NCBI GenBank assembly: GCA_010909165.1
Contig: MU008179.1
Span: 310,001 to 374,000 of the forward strand
Length of the DNA: 64,000 nucleotides
From: Anthoceros angustus
Lineage: Eukaryota > Plantae > Anthocerotophyta
Reading direction: 5' to 3'
The position numbers and the translations under genes were made by a program. Below are positions 24,606-37,016 of the stretch, in pieces. Below the pieces are notes generated by a model. That model saw only the letters and a program-made list of their open reading frames with translations. It ran no database searches and had not been told where the DNA came from. The first letter of the stretch is position 1, and every line of letters starts with the position of its first letter.

Positions 24606-26273
24606 TCAATCCTGAAAAGTCATGTTCTCGCACTCTTCTTTCACTAAGGCGAAGAGGGAAGTAGAGAGGTATCTCTCGCCAGCACTGGGTAATATGACGA
24701 CGATAAGCTTCCCTTTGTTCTCAGGTCGTTGAGCAATCTAGGAACAGTTGCAAAGTTCTCAAGTTAGGAAACACGCTGGGCAAAAACAGGTGAGGAAGGA
24801 GGACTATACTCACCTTCAACGCTGCGGAGAAGACTGCTCCGGAAGATATGCCCACAAGCAGAGCCTCCTCTTTTGCCAACCTTCGAGCGAAATGGATAGC
24901 CTCCTCCCCGGAAGATGTCACCACTTCATCGAACAAGCTTGTGTCGGTCACTGCTGGAATAAATCCCGGACCCATGCCTTGGATTGGGTGCGGGCCCGGG
25001 GCTCCACCTGCTTGAGGACCACTATTACATGAATCGTCCAGAACTGCTTCTGCACATTTCCTGTCCTCAAAGGTGCCACTATCACATGAAGCATCCAGAA
25101 CTGCTTCTTCTGCATTTTTCCTGTTCTGAAAGCATGGAGAAGCAGGATGGAGGATCTAACCTGACAGAACTGCACTCTCTGTGGGTTCAACGGCCACCAC
25201 TTTAACCTTCGGGTTTTGAGCTTTGAGATATTTTCCTGCACCACTTATGGTACCGCCCGTTCCGCAACCAGCCACCAGAAAATCGACCTTCCCTGCGGTG
25301 TCTCTCCATATCTCCGGTCCTAAAGCAAAAATAGAAACCATCACTTCATCGTAGCTGTGTTTATCGAAAATCCTCATCCATTTACCAGCTCACCCAAGAA
25401 GACTGCAACTAAAGACTACCAGTGCTGACGAAGTGGGCTTCAGCGTTTTTCGGGTTGGAAGGCTGGTCCACCCAGAAAGAGTTGGGAATTATCTCCAACA
25501 GCTCCTTCACCTTGTCTACCATACCTGCAAAGCCCTTGGCTGGATCTGCAAGGTATAGTCACAGTTACCCTACTGCAGCATATAACGCAAGGACGCAACT
25601 GAACCGAAGCTGACCTGTGAGGATCAGCTCTGCTCCATACGACCGGATTAGGATTCGCCGCTCAAAAGAGTAGGAAGCTGGCATGACCACAACTACACGG
25701 TAGCCCTTGAGAGCACCGACAGCAGCCAGGGCGATCCCTGTGTTGCCAGAAGTCATCTCGAGTAGAGTGGTCACCCCAGGTCTTATCAATTGCTCCCTCT
25801 CAGCAGCCTCCACCATGCTGAATAGACATAACAGCTACCCGTGTTGCTTCAAGCACTTCTGAAGCTAGACAGACCACTGTCACAAGGCAAAAATCATAGG
25901 ACCCAAGCCAAACTTACTGCAGAGCCATCCTGTCCTTGAGAGAACAGAAAGGCTGCTGGCCTTCGACTTTCGCAACAATTCTGGCAAATGCACCTTCAGA
26001 TTTGGTGATGTTGTTGATCTCCACAAGAGGTGTGCACCCAATCAGCTGACAACAGACGAAGCAGGTGTAAGCCCACAATCCCACAACAAGCCCTGGCTTG
26101 TTGAGGGGAGGGGGCCTTACCTCGGTCATGTCCTTGGCTATCGTCTCCTTGAGCAGCAGGGGATGCCCATATTTGACAGCATTTTTCTCCAGCTGGCTCA
26201 GCTCTGGGCTTTCCACTGCGGCCATCTTCTCCACCTCCGTGCATTCGTTTCCCTTTTCGATTATTCCCTGCAT
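24606..26273 (-). CDS. Cysteine synthase / O-acetylserine(thiol)lyase-family protein, copy A (multi-exon)
   Basis: Motifs TPLV, CSLKDR (PLP Lys), [34 protein letters not shown] and [10 protein letters not shown]. Stop TGA at 24606-24608. Start is 26273 or 26225. Confidence 0.9.
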
Positions 26274-29200
26274 TTCTTCACGAACAAGCAGCTCCTGTTG
26301 TGGAAAACTGAAGAAACTCGGCTCACCGCGGTCGAGTGTACCGCTGAGGCGACTCATCCCTGCAAAATCAACATCCCGCGCGGGTCTCGAGGTGGTGGGA
26401 CCTACCCTCCTGGACCTCATGGTGACATAACCGCCATGGCAAGTCCATAGGCACCATCCCCCATCAACATGCATGCTAACCGCGCGTGTTCCCAACCGTG
26501 CGATCCGGGTTTCCTACATGCTTGCCGATGCCCGTCGATGCCCGGTATTCGTGCTTCGAATTCTCTTGCGGCATCGGCCGCAATGTTGCCGAACAGGGCT
26601 ATGTGAGGGAAGATAGCGGAGCGAACATCACAGTAGCGAGGTTAAGCGCCCAACGGGCGGATCAGAACTGTGATGGGGTGTTATCGTAAAGTTTTGATCT
26701 TTCATCCAATCTCCTTCTCTCCTTTATGGACATGGCTTCAGTTACGGGCGAGAACCATGAACCATGCGGCCCGGTACTCTGCCACATATCACATATACGA
26801 ACATGCATGCAGCGCGCCACATCTATGGACATGCCATGGCGCGCATGCCACATGACACAAGGGAGCCCGGGCGAGTGGGTCCCACCCGCGCGCATTGATT
26901 TTGAGGGATGAATAGCCTCTAGCGTACCGTACGAGTGCTGCACAGAACCAATTCTGCAAAGAACTCAGAGTTCACATGGGAAGTCGGGGGAATAATGTCC
27001 CGAGAGTTCACATGGAAAGTCGTGGGAATAAAGTCCTGTGTGAAGGGTGACAGATGAAGCTACGAGAAGTTCCGCGCACCTTGATTCAAGTGCATGCTGG
27101 TAGTATGTGCAAGAGTGCAAATGTGTCGAAGGGAGATTCCTAGAAGCTTCAGAGGAGCGGCGGATGAGGCCGTGACGATGTATAAGAACGTGGTCTTGAG
27201 GACCAGAAGCTAAGCTGAAAGCCAACTAAGGGTATGAGAATGACAGGGAAGGAAGAAGAAATTCCTTTAAAACCCCACGGAGAGAACAGCAAGGGTGGTG
27301 TCGTAGGTGGAGATGCTAGTCGAGAGAGAAAATGGGCATCTTCTCACATTCATCTTTGATGCTCTCGTATAGGGCCGTGGTGAGGTATCTCTCACCAGCA
27401 CTGGGTAGAACGACGACGATGAGTTTGCCCTCATTCTCTGGTCTTTTGGCTACCTGAAGCGAAATGGATGTGGAAAATGAATGAAGTGAGATGGCTGAGG
27501 AGAAATGAATTAAGCAGGCACGAAGGAGTGATTGCGGAACAACTGGGGAAGCACGTCGGAGCTTACTTTCAGTGCAGAAGCGAAGATTCCTCCAGACGAG
27601 ATCCCACAAGAATGCCTTCCTCTTTTGCAAGCCTAAGGCAAAGCTGGAGAGCTTCTTGACTCGAAGATGGTACGATATCATCGAATACACTAATGTCTGT
27701 GACTGGGGATGAAGCCGGCACCCATTCCTTGCATCAAGTGTGGGCCGGGCTGTCCACCTGTTTGCCGGAGTTACTAGGGTACACTGTCGAACGATACGAT
27801 ACTGAAGCAAGGTGCAAGCAGGATGTGACGAGTTAAATGGAACATGCAACTCACCTGAAAGAATTGCACTTTCTGTTGGTTCGACGGCAATGACTTTCAC
27901 TGCTGGATTCTGAGCCTTGGTGGCATTCTTCTCCAGCTGGCTCAGCTCTGGGCTTTCCACTGCGGCCATCTTCTCCACCTCCGTGCATTCGTTTCCCTTT
28001 TCGATTATTCCCTGCATTTCTTCACGAACAAGCAGCTCCTGTTGTGGAAAACTGAAGAAACTCGGCTCACCGCGGTCGAGTGTACCGCTGAGGCGACTCA
28101 TCCCTGCAAAATCAACATCCCGCGCGGGTCTCGAGGTGGTGGGACCTACCCTCCTGGACCTCATGGTGACATAACCGCCATGGCAAGTCCATAGGCACCA
28201 TCCCCATCAACATGCATGCTAACCGCGCGTGTTCCCAACCGTGCGATCCGGGTTTCCTACATGCTTGCCGATGCCCGTCGATGCCCGGTATTCGTGCTTC
28301 GAATTCTCTTGCGGCATCGGCCGCAATGTTGCCGAACAGGGCTATGTGAGGGAAGATAGCGGAGCGAACATCACAGTAGCGAGGTTGGCGCCCAACGGGC
28401 GGATCAGAACTGTGATGGGGTGTTATCGTAAAGTTTTGATCTTTCATCCAATCTCCTTCTCTTCCTTTATGGACATGGCTTCAGTTACGGGCGAGAACTA
28501 TGAACCATGAACCATGCGGCCCGGTACTCTGCCACATATCATATACGAACATGCATGCAGCGCGCCACATCTATGGACATGCCATGGCGCGCCACATGAC
28601 ACAGGGAGCGAGTGGGTCCCACCCGCGCGCATTGATTTTGAGGGATGAATAGCCTCTAGCGTACCGTACGAGTGCTGCACAGAACCAATTCTGCAAAGAA
28701 CTCAGAGTTCACATGGGAAGTCGGGGGAATAATGTCCCGAGAGTTCACATGGAAAGTCGTGGGAATAAAGTCCTGTGTGAAGGGTGACAGATGAAGCTAC
28801 GAGAAGTTCCGCGCACCTTGATTCAAGTGCATGCTGGTAGTATGTGCAAGAGTGCAAATGTGTCGAAGGGGAGATTCCTAGAAGCTTCAGAGGAGCGGCG
28901 GGATGAGGCCGTGACGATGTATAAGAACGTGGTCTTGAGGACCAGAAGCTAAGCTGAAAGCCAACTAAGGGTATGAGAATGACAGGGGAAGGAAGAAGAA
29001 ATTCCCTTTAAAAACCCCACGGAGAGAACAGCAAGGGTGGTGTCGTAGGTGGAGATGCTAGTCGAGAGAGAAAATGGGCATCTTCTCACATTCATCTTTG
29101 ATGCTCTCGTATAGGGCCGTGGTGAGGTATCTCTCACCAGCACTGGGTAGAACGACGACGATGAGTTTGCCCTCATTCTCTGGTCTTTTGGCTACCTGAA

Positions 29201-29667
29201 GCGAAATGGATGTGGAAAAATGAATGAAGTGAGATGGCTGAGGAGAAATGAATTAAGCAGGCACGAAGGAGTGATTGCGCGGAACAACTGGGGAAGCACG
29301 TCGGAGCTTACTTTCAGTGCAGAAGCGAAGATTCCTCCAGACGAGATCCCCACAAGAATGCCTTCCTCTTTTGCAAGCCTAAGGCAAAGCTGGAGAGCTT
29401 CTTGACTCGAAGATGGTACGATATCATCGAATACACTAATGTCTGTGACTTCGGGGATGAAGCCGGCACCCATTCCTTGCATCAAGTGTGGGCCGGGCTG
29501 TCCACCTGTTTGCCGGAGTTACTAGGGTACACTGTCGAACGATACGATACTGAAGCAAGGTGCAAGCAGGATGTGACGAGTTAAATGGAACATGCAACTC
29601 ACCTGAAAGAATTGCACTTTCTGTTGGTTCGACGGCAATGACTTTCACTGCTGGATTCTGAGCCTTG
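26180..29667. repeat. Tandem duplication (~1.75 kb) of copy A exon 1 + intergenic spacer + copy C 3' exons
   Basis: 26180-27925 is repeated at 27925-29667. Differences are mostly homopolymer-length indels. Confidence 0.9.
27316..28017 (-). pseudogene. Chimeric, internally deleted cysteine synthase (copy A 5' end fused to copy C 3' half)
   Basis: Reads [18 protein letters not shown]|[16 protein letters not shown]. It lacks the SxKDR, TSGN and GTGGT motifs and has a 2-bp deletion relative to copy C at GFIPEV (~27704). Confidence 0.8.
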
Positions 29668-30682
29668 AGATATCTTCCCGTTCCACAAATGGTTCCACCG
29701 GTGCCTGCTCCTGCTACAAGAATATCAACTTTCCCCGCGGTATCTCGCCATATCTCGGGTCCTGAGGAAGTCAGGACCAATAATGTAGTTTGTGAGTGTA
29801 CCAAGAATACCACGATATGGTTGCGTGGCAGGAGGAGGAGGCTAAACTTAAGCTACCTGTGCTGAGAGAATGAGCTTCAGGGTTCTTGAGATTGGAGGCC
29901 TGATTCACCCAAAAAGCGTTGGGAACGGTCTCCAACAGGTTGTTTAATATCGACTCCATATATTGGAAACCCTTAGACGCATCTACACGTCAAGAGAGCC
30001 CCTTCTTCAATAGGTCTTTCGAAGAAGCAGCAAGAATCAGCCACACCTGGCACAGACACACTGTACGGTGTATTATGCGAAGGCACGAACCTGCAAGAAC
30101 CAGCTCTGCTCCAAAGGCTCGGATGAGGATTCGGCGCTCCATGGAGCACGTGGCGGGCATGACCAGAACCACCTTGTAGCCCTTGACAGCACCGACAGCA
30201 GCCAGGGCGATTCCGGTGTTCCCAGCCGTCATTTCCAGCAGAGTGGTGACTCCCGGTGTGATCAACTTGTCTCTCTCAGCGCATTCCACCATGCTGCACA
30301 GCCGCCCCCACTTGCATTCCTGAACAGTGAATTCATGTCTCGCTGACAGGCATCTGAATTCCGTGTCTGAGACTTACTGGAGAGCGATCCTGTCTTTCAC
30401 CGAGCAGAAAGGCTGCTGGCCTTCCAACTTCACCACAATTCTGGCGAGCGCACCCTCCGCCTTCGTGATGTGATTGATCTCCACCAGAGGTGTCCATCCG
30501 ATCAGCTGTCCGCCACATACAGTGACAGCAGTGAGCAGACAAGGTGGGTCGAATCCGCAACTCCAGACGGGATCAGAACCAGACACGAAACGCACCTCGG
30601 TCATGTTGCTTGCAATCCTTTCCTTGAGCTCCAGAGGCTGCTGATACTTGGTGGCATTCTTCTCCAGCTGAAAGAGAGGGTG

Positions 30683-30723
<41 letters not shown>

Positions 30724-30793
30724 GAGAGCCGCTTCCACCCTCCTCGATGGACAAGCTCTCCAACTTCGTCTCCGCCACACTCTCACTCGCCAT
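29058..30793 (-). CDS. Cysteine synthase / O-acetylserine(thiol)lyase-family protein, copy C (multi-exon)
   Basis: Motifs [36 protein letters not shown] and [10 protein letters not shown]-terminal (GS)n tract encoded by (gccgga)n. Confidence 0.9.
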
Positions 30794-32132
30794 TTTCGCT
30801 CCAAGCGAATGGGAATGTCCTCGGACTCAAGGAACGAGACTGGATGAGCGGGAAAGGAGCAACATGGAAACCACGAATCCCGATCCTCAAAGTCCGCCCT
30901 TGAGCTCACTCTCAACATTCCACGCAGCTTCGTCTCACGTTGGAGCTCGGAGCCAAACTGACTCAGCGTTTATTTGTAGCGGACTACTGACTCGGCATTT
31001 TTAAGCACCCATGGCTGCTCACAAGTGGATAGGAATCTACCTACGTACTTTACGTAGTGTACACTGCGTGCATATTATTACATACTGTACATTGTAGTGG
31101 ACTAATAGGAAATTGGTGAGATGGCATGGACTACTGGGGTATTTAATCCTGTTTGCTTCCATAATTTCGCACCTCACCCTCACTCGAGACCTAGAAATGG
31201 TGACTATATATATCCTCGTATAACTTTTCTGTACTATTTCGTTCAAAGTGTAAAATAATAAAAGAAATTTATTTTAATTAATAATTAAAATGAATTTAAT
31301 CTATATAAACTAAATATTAAAATATTAAAATATTAAGTATTTTAATATACTTATAAATTTATAAAATAAATATAGATATATATTGATCTGTATGGATATA
31401 TATATATATGCAATATTATGATTGAAAATATACACATAGATTCAATTAATAAAAATATTTTTGTACTCTGGATTTTTGTTATCTTATCTAACATTAACGT
31501 GATCTCTATTCATCAAAAGAATAGGTTCAAAACCATTTCCTTTAAGGCAGTGACATTCAAACATCGAGCTCATTTAGAATTTGATACTAGGATAGGGTGT
31601 CCCTGTTTCAATGGCCTTAGAACCGCCTAAATGAAGTCTCGTTTCTTGTAAGCCCGTTTCCCTTGAAGTGACATCCAAACAGTGAGTTTATTGGAATTCC
31701 ACAATCAAACCAGACTAGACCTAGGGTTTAGGCCCTGATTGGGACCGTAACGGCCGCTCCCATGTGTTCCAATTAGGAAGGGTAGACTGTATGTGGAAAC
31801 TGCAATAGACAGCAACGCGGCGTCATCAAGACCTCCCTCGGGAGTTATCCGAGTGAGACCCCCGAGTGAGTGGACTTGATTGATGAATGAAAATTGAGTG
31901 GAAAAAGACCTTGTCCAGTAGCGAACTTCCGCCAGGCCACCCAACTGACGCACCTAATCACTCCAATGCTCCAGCGAGCCAGTCAAAGTGGACCATTTTT
32001 GTCGCCCAACTGTACACTCCCCACGTCCTGTACACTACCTCAAATCAAACTGGTGACGCAGAACAGTGTACATGGTTTTACAGTACGAGTACACTGAAAT
32101 ATGAGGACTAGCTAGCACAATACATCCTCAGC

Positions 32133-35100
32133 CTACAGCTTCTTCGGGAGATTGTAAGTCTTCTTCAGAAAATTGGAAGCTCTGTCGTCAGCTCTATAGC
32201 ACAAAACTCGCAACACTGTGTTAGCATCAGATGGGCTGAATTGCCCAATTGTGCTGGGTAAGGGAGGGGGTACACCTTTCGATCCTTTACCCTGAGAATA
32301 CTGACTGTTGGCTGCCTTGAAGTTTTCTATCAGCTCCTCTGTGTCCACAGAAAAAAGGCTTAAGATCCTCACGACTGGTAACGCCACGTTTTCCACCATG
32401 TCCTCCGACAAGCCATCGCCATCTGCCTTGAACAAGTCTTTGAAGGAAGTCAAGTCTTCCTCCAGCATATCAGCATCGCTGACTGTGAAAGTCCGGGAAG
32501 GACCACCAGCTAACAATACTAGCAAAAACGCCTCAAAACACGCCCGCATAAGCTCCACAACTGCTTTATTACGCAATCCTTTTGTCACCGTGTCTGCAAG
32601 GATTCCCAATATTGGGTCCAGCTTGTCAATCACCCGATTTACTCTTGAGTTTTCCACTCCTCCGACATACAGACTATCCCAGAAGGCTTTGCGCAAATCC
32701 ACAAATACAATCCTGTAGGCACTTATTTCACAAAGCCTTTGAATACCATCCTGGAGGGATCTTCTAGCAGCCTCAAATCGGATTTCAGTCCCTGCTTTAG
32801 ATGGTGGTGGTGCTGATCCTTTTCCCTGTTTTCTAAGGGATGAAGGAGCCTCTTGCCAACCATATCGTACCCTCTTCTCTATGAACTCCAGTTCAGACTG
32901 CAAATGGTGGAGGGTGTTGATGCGGACGCACATACGTTCCAAGTTCCCCTCCATCTCTCTGCTGTTGTGTGTCCCATCAATTGGCTCCACCGGGACTTTG
33001 TTCTTCCTGCTAACAAATTTAACAGACAATCTGAAGTGTTCCTTCTTGCATCGGGTTAGAGCTGGGAGAGGAGGAATCATCTCACTCTTCGATCCTGCAA
33101 GTCAGCAGGTCATAAGGCTTAAACATTCACAAAGTCTCATTCCACTACCTGCAAAAACCACCCAAGCCCCATCCAAATGCAATTGCTTCTTCACCATTCT
33201 TACCGCATGCTGTCACAGCTTGTGTTGCATAGCTTGCTAGAGCACGATCGACGCCAGCTACTAACTTGTCAAGAAGATCTGGGAATGATGCTAGGGGCAT
33301 AGAAAAATACGCATCCAAAGTTTCCTCCACTATCCTGAGTACTTCCACAACAGATGGAGCATATTTTTCTCGAACTGCCCTAGGATTCCAATCCTAAAAT
33401 AGGGCAGCATTTCAGAAACGAGTAAAGGTAGCATATGCAGACCTTAGCTGCACAAATTCACAGAAAGCATACCTCTTGTTGTGCACTTCTATCAACCCAC
33501 TCCACCAAGCGATCCAGACGATCTTGAATCCACGTCTCAGCCATGGACTTTATAGCAGTGTCTGCCTCATAAGGTGGCATCTCTCTAATTATTGCCTTCC
33601 CACCATCCTCCGAGAAAAGAGCATCTCCAACAGCTATTGTTATTAGTTCCTTCTCCAAATTATCTGCTGCAGACAGAACTTGGACAACATCTGGAGTAGG
33701 GAAAGCTGTTTTTGACAGAAACTGCTTAAACTCCCGCCCATAGCAAGCATGCAACGTAGCTGCAGCTACACCAGCCGGGAAAGGATGCCATATTTTGAGG
33801 ATGGGACTGAAGTCGTTGCGCTCCGACACTGCGAGGCGCTCAATGTCCTCTGCAAGGACTACAAGAGCAGGACTTGGTGTGCCTCCCTTGGATGACCTTC
33901 TCTTGGCATCCACGGACTCCATCATCTGCATTTTGATCCAATATTCACCCAAAATAAAGCAGGTCAGTACGAAAGCTGAGTATCAGCAACAGAAGTTCTC
34001 TTAGGCCCAAGGATATCTCACCTGTGCAAAAGCTGTTCTAAGTGTCGAGCGTATGTACATGTCAATCCTACTCATTACAACGTCCATTTCATCTCTCCTT
34101 TGGCGACGATGCTGTTCTTTGGACGTGATGTCACTCAAAATCTTGGCAGCTGCTGTCGCCACAGAGACTGTATGTTCTAATAGAACCCCAGATCCGGCTG
34201 GAAAGGCCTCACGGTAGGCCAGAAGCCGTTTCTCACACCAGGCTTGCACAGTGCTCAATACTGAGCTAAGAAGCTGATTATGATAACCTGCAAGCTTGGT
34301 TTGTGCAACACTCTTGCCCACGTCAGACATCTGCAGGGCTGCAGCTTCAAGCAGCTCAAGCTGATTCTGACCAGTTATCACAAACTGGCGGAAGAGAACC
34401 CACATGAAAAGGACATCGTGGGCCACTTGGTCTAAACCTAGTATACTCCAAGTCCTCTTCACAAGCTCTAAAATATCATCGACCTCATCTATGACAACGG
34501 TGTTGTCTAGAGTATCAAAGCAGGCCAACAACATTGTCTCATAGATGTGAACATTGAATGGAAACCCATCTGCCCAATGACACTCATTACTGCTCACATC
34601 ACCTGTCAGACTTCTTCCAGCTTTGGCTAACGCAGCACTCCTGAGGGCTTGCAAAACCTCACTGTTTTTCCCCGATTCCATAGGATGATCATGGACTGCT
34701 TGCAGCGCTTGCTTCAACCGTACTGTCAAGCTGTTGGGGACATCCTGTACTGCAGAATGCAGGATAAGGCCTGCGTCCAGCACCTTGACCTGCCGTTTAT
34801 GCCAGAGCTGATATTGCGCATTGTAGGGGAAGTCAGATGCACTGATGTGCTGCAAGAGCTCCAGAGGTACTACCATAGCATCTGACCGGCGGCCCACCTG
34901 ATAAGTCCAACAACACTGTAAACTTCAAAAAAAGACTCATGCACAACAGCTCCTCATCTTAGGTTGGGCTCAAAGATTTCTAACAGTAAACCTTTTGCCT
35001 GCTGTTCAGGGCATGAATTCCATACCTGTGAGGCAGCAGCACGAGACAATGCTTTCCTTGTGTGTGCATCAAAATCGTCCGAGACATCAAATTGCAGCCG

Positions 35101-35415
35101 CAAAATATCTGTAGGAGTGGTATATTTTCTTCTGCCTGAAGTCGAATTGTACAGGTCCTTACTACTCCTTGATTTGAGACCTAGCGCCTTTTTCACCCGG
35201 CTAACAGTGGCCGAAGTGATGGACTTATCGTGATACCGGGGAGAGGAAATCGACGTCGACCTTACCCCCAATGTTGTTCTTGCACTCACGGCTGGACCAC
35301 AGGCAGCTATTACAATCTCGTACGCAATTTCTCTCAGATCCTCCTCCGTAAACTCAACATGCAAAGGCTTCAGAGGATCCTCCAGATCTGACTTGATGGA
35401 GCCAGATACTGCCAT
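32133..35415 (-). CDS. DUF810 / Munc13-like protein, PATROL1 family; about 5 exons
   Basis: Motifs DLREIAYEI, MVVPLELLQ, WADGFPFNVHIYETML, LFMWVLFRQFV, FSPILKIWHP, CVRINTLHHL, LLVLLAGGPSR and LRVLCYRADDRASNFLKKTYNLPKKL. Start codon uncertain. Confidence 0.88.
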
Positions 35416-37016
35416 TGCTGTAAAATCTGCAGGGACGCCGTCTGAGGGTTGAGAAACCTCACGTATTCGAAGGAGACCAGCCGAACCAAGAAGTTTGCCT
35501 ACACGTTGCTCACAAAACCGGAACCATATCGCACCGTCTGAACCTAAGACCAACGGTCGCTACAATGATTGAAGCTGCATGCAATCCCTCTCACAAAACC
35601 AACCCCAGTCCTCCAGACGGAGGTGCAAATTTTCTGAACGACTCATCTCGGAGAATCAGAACCGATAACTGGGACGAACCAGCACAAGGAATTGCCTTGC
35701 ATGAACTACAGACCCAGCTGGCCGACAAGAGAACAGATTTTTTTCCCTTCACTTGCAACTCGCCATGCATACCCTGCAACCTCGGAAGGCACACACCTAC
35801 CCTGACTGCTGACCCGTTCCGAAACCATCATTCCGCCCGTGCTCAGCCTAGGAGTCCTCACTCGCGGCCAGGCGTGAGCTCAACCTCCTCCCAGAAACAC
35901 AATTCAACTTTCCAACTCCGGCAAGCTCCTCTCCCGTCCCCTCCTGGCCTAGCTTCCCTGCAAAGCGGCAACCAGATGCTATTCCTATTCCCGGAGGCAT
36001 CAGAATCGGTTTTCTGGAACGATCTTCTGGTTTCCTTTTTCCGCGACCGCAGCCGCTCTGATGCACACAGTCTCCTTCGCACCGGGTTCCAAAAAGAGCC
36101 AGGTGGAGCCCGACCACGCGCTTATTCCTTGCGTGCGGCCCAGAGATTGAACAATTCGTCGCCACGAGACACGAGGGAGTGAGATTTTCCCGCGATGCCG
36201 CAGATCAGCGTTTCTTCTGATCCAAGCCGAATGGAGCGAGACGGAGCGCTTTCGCCAGCGGCACTTGGAAGCAACGCGTGGGGCTGCGGCGTGCCTGCTC
36301 TGCATTTCCCAATTGCAAAAATCCAACCTCAGAACCGCACCGATTATTTATAGCAGGCAGGCCGCCTATAGGGTGTGTTCCTCTCCTTCCGTACACCGGA
36401 CTGTAGCGAGGGTTTTAGCGGCGGGGTTTTGAGCAACACTTGAACTGGAAGAGATGGCATGTGCCACCACATGAGCGTGTTGATGCACAAGCTGGGGGAT
36501 CCGTGCAGCGCTTCGTTATGACAGGAGTCTCCAGATCCAGTGCATTCCGCGCCAGGCGCCAGCAGCGTGGTGGCCTCGCAGGTGGTGACAAGGGCTTGGC
36601 CGGATCAGGACCGACACCGTGAGGTCATCATTCTTGCATCGTCGGGAAGACAGGGCCGGCCCGGTGTTTTAACACTCTTGCTGTGCGCAAATCCCAGCGC
36701 GCGCTGCTTTCAGTTAGGCAACAGCATGCGGGGCCAGCGCAGTCTTGAGCCTATTGTTGGATTGAATATGTAGCAGCTTCACTGGAAACGGATGAGGTGG
36801 CCCACACCACGATCGGATAACAGCTCCACAGCATGACAGCAGCAAGGAAGCAAGTAATAGATGGGGAGTCCTGTACGACATGCGCAGTTGCAGTATTATA
36901 ACCTGTGAGGATGACGGTTTAGGCTTACAATTACCCCCACCAGACGGTGAACGGGAAGTTTCGAGAGATGATCAGTTCAGACCCGGTTTCTACTTGGAAG
37001 GTTCTTGCTTGTACAT

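Noticed and set aside
35565-36182. 205-aa plus-strand ORF
   Set aside because: Ser/Pro-rich with no motif. It overlaps the likely 5' UTR/promoter of the PATROL1-like gene on the opposite strand.
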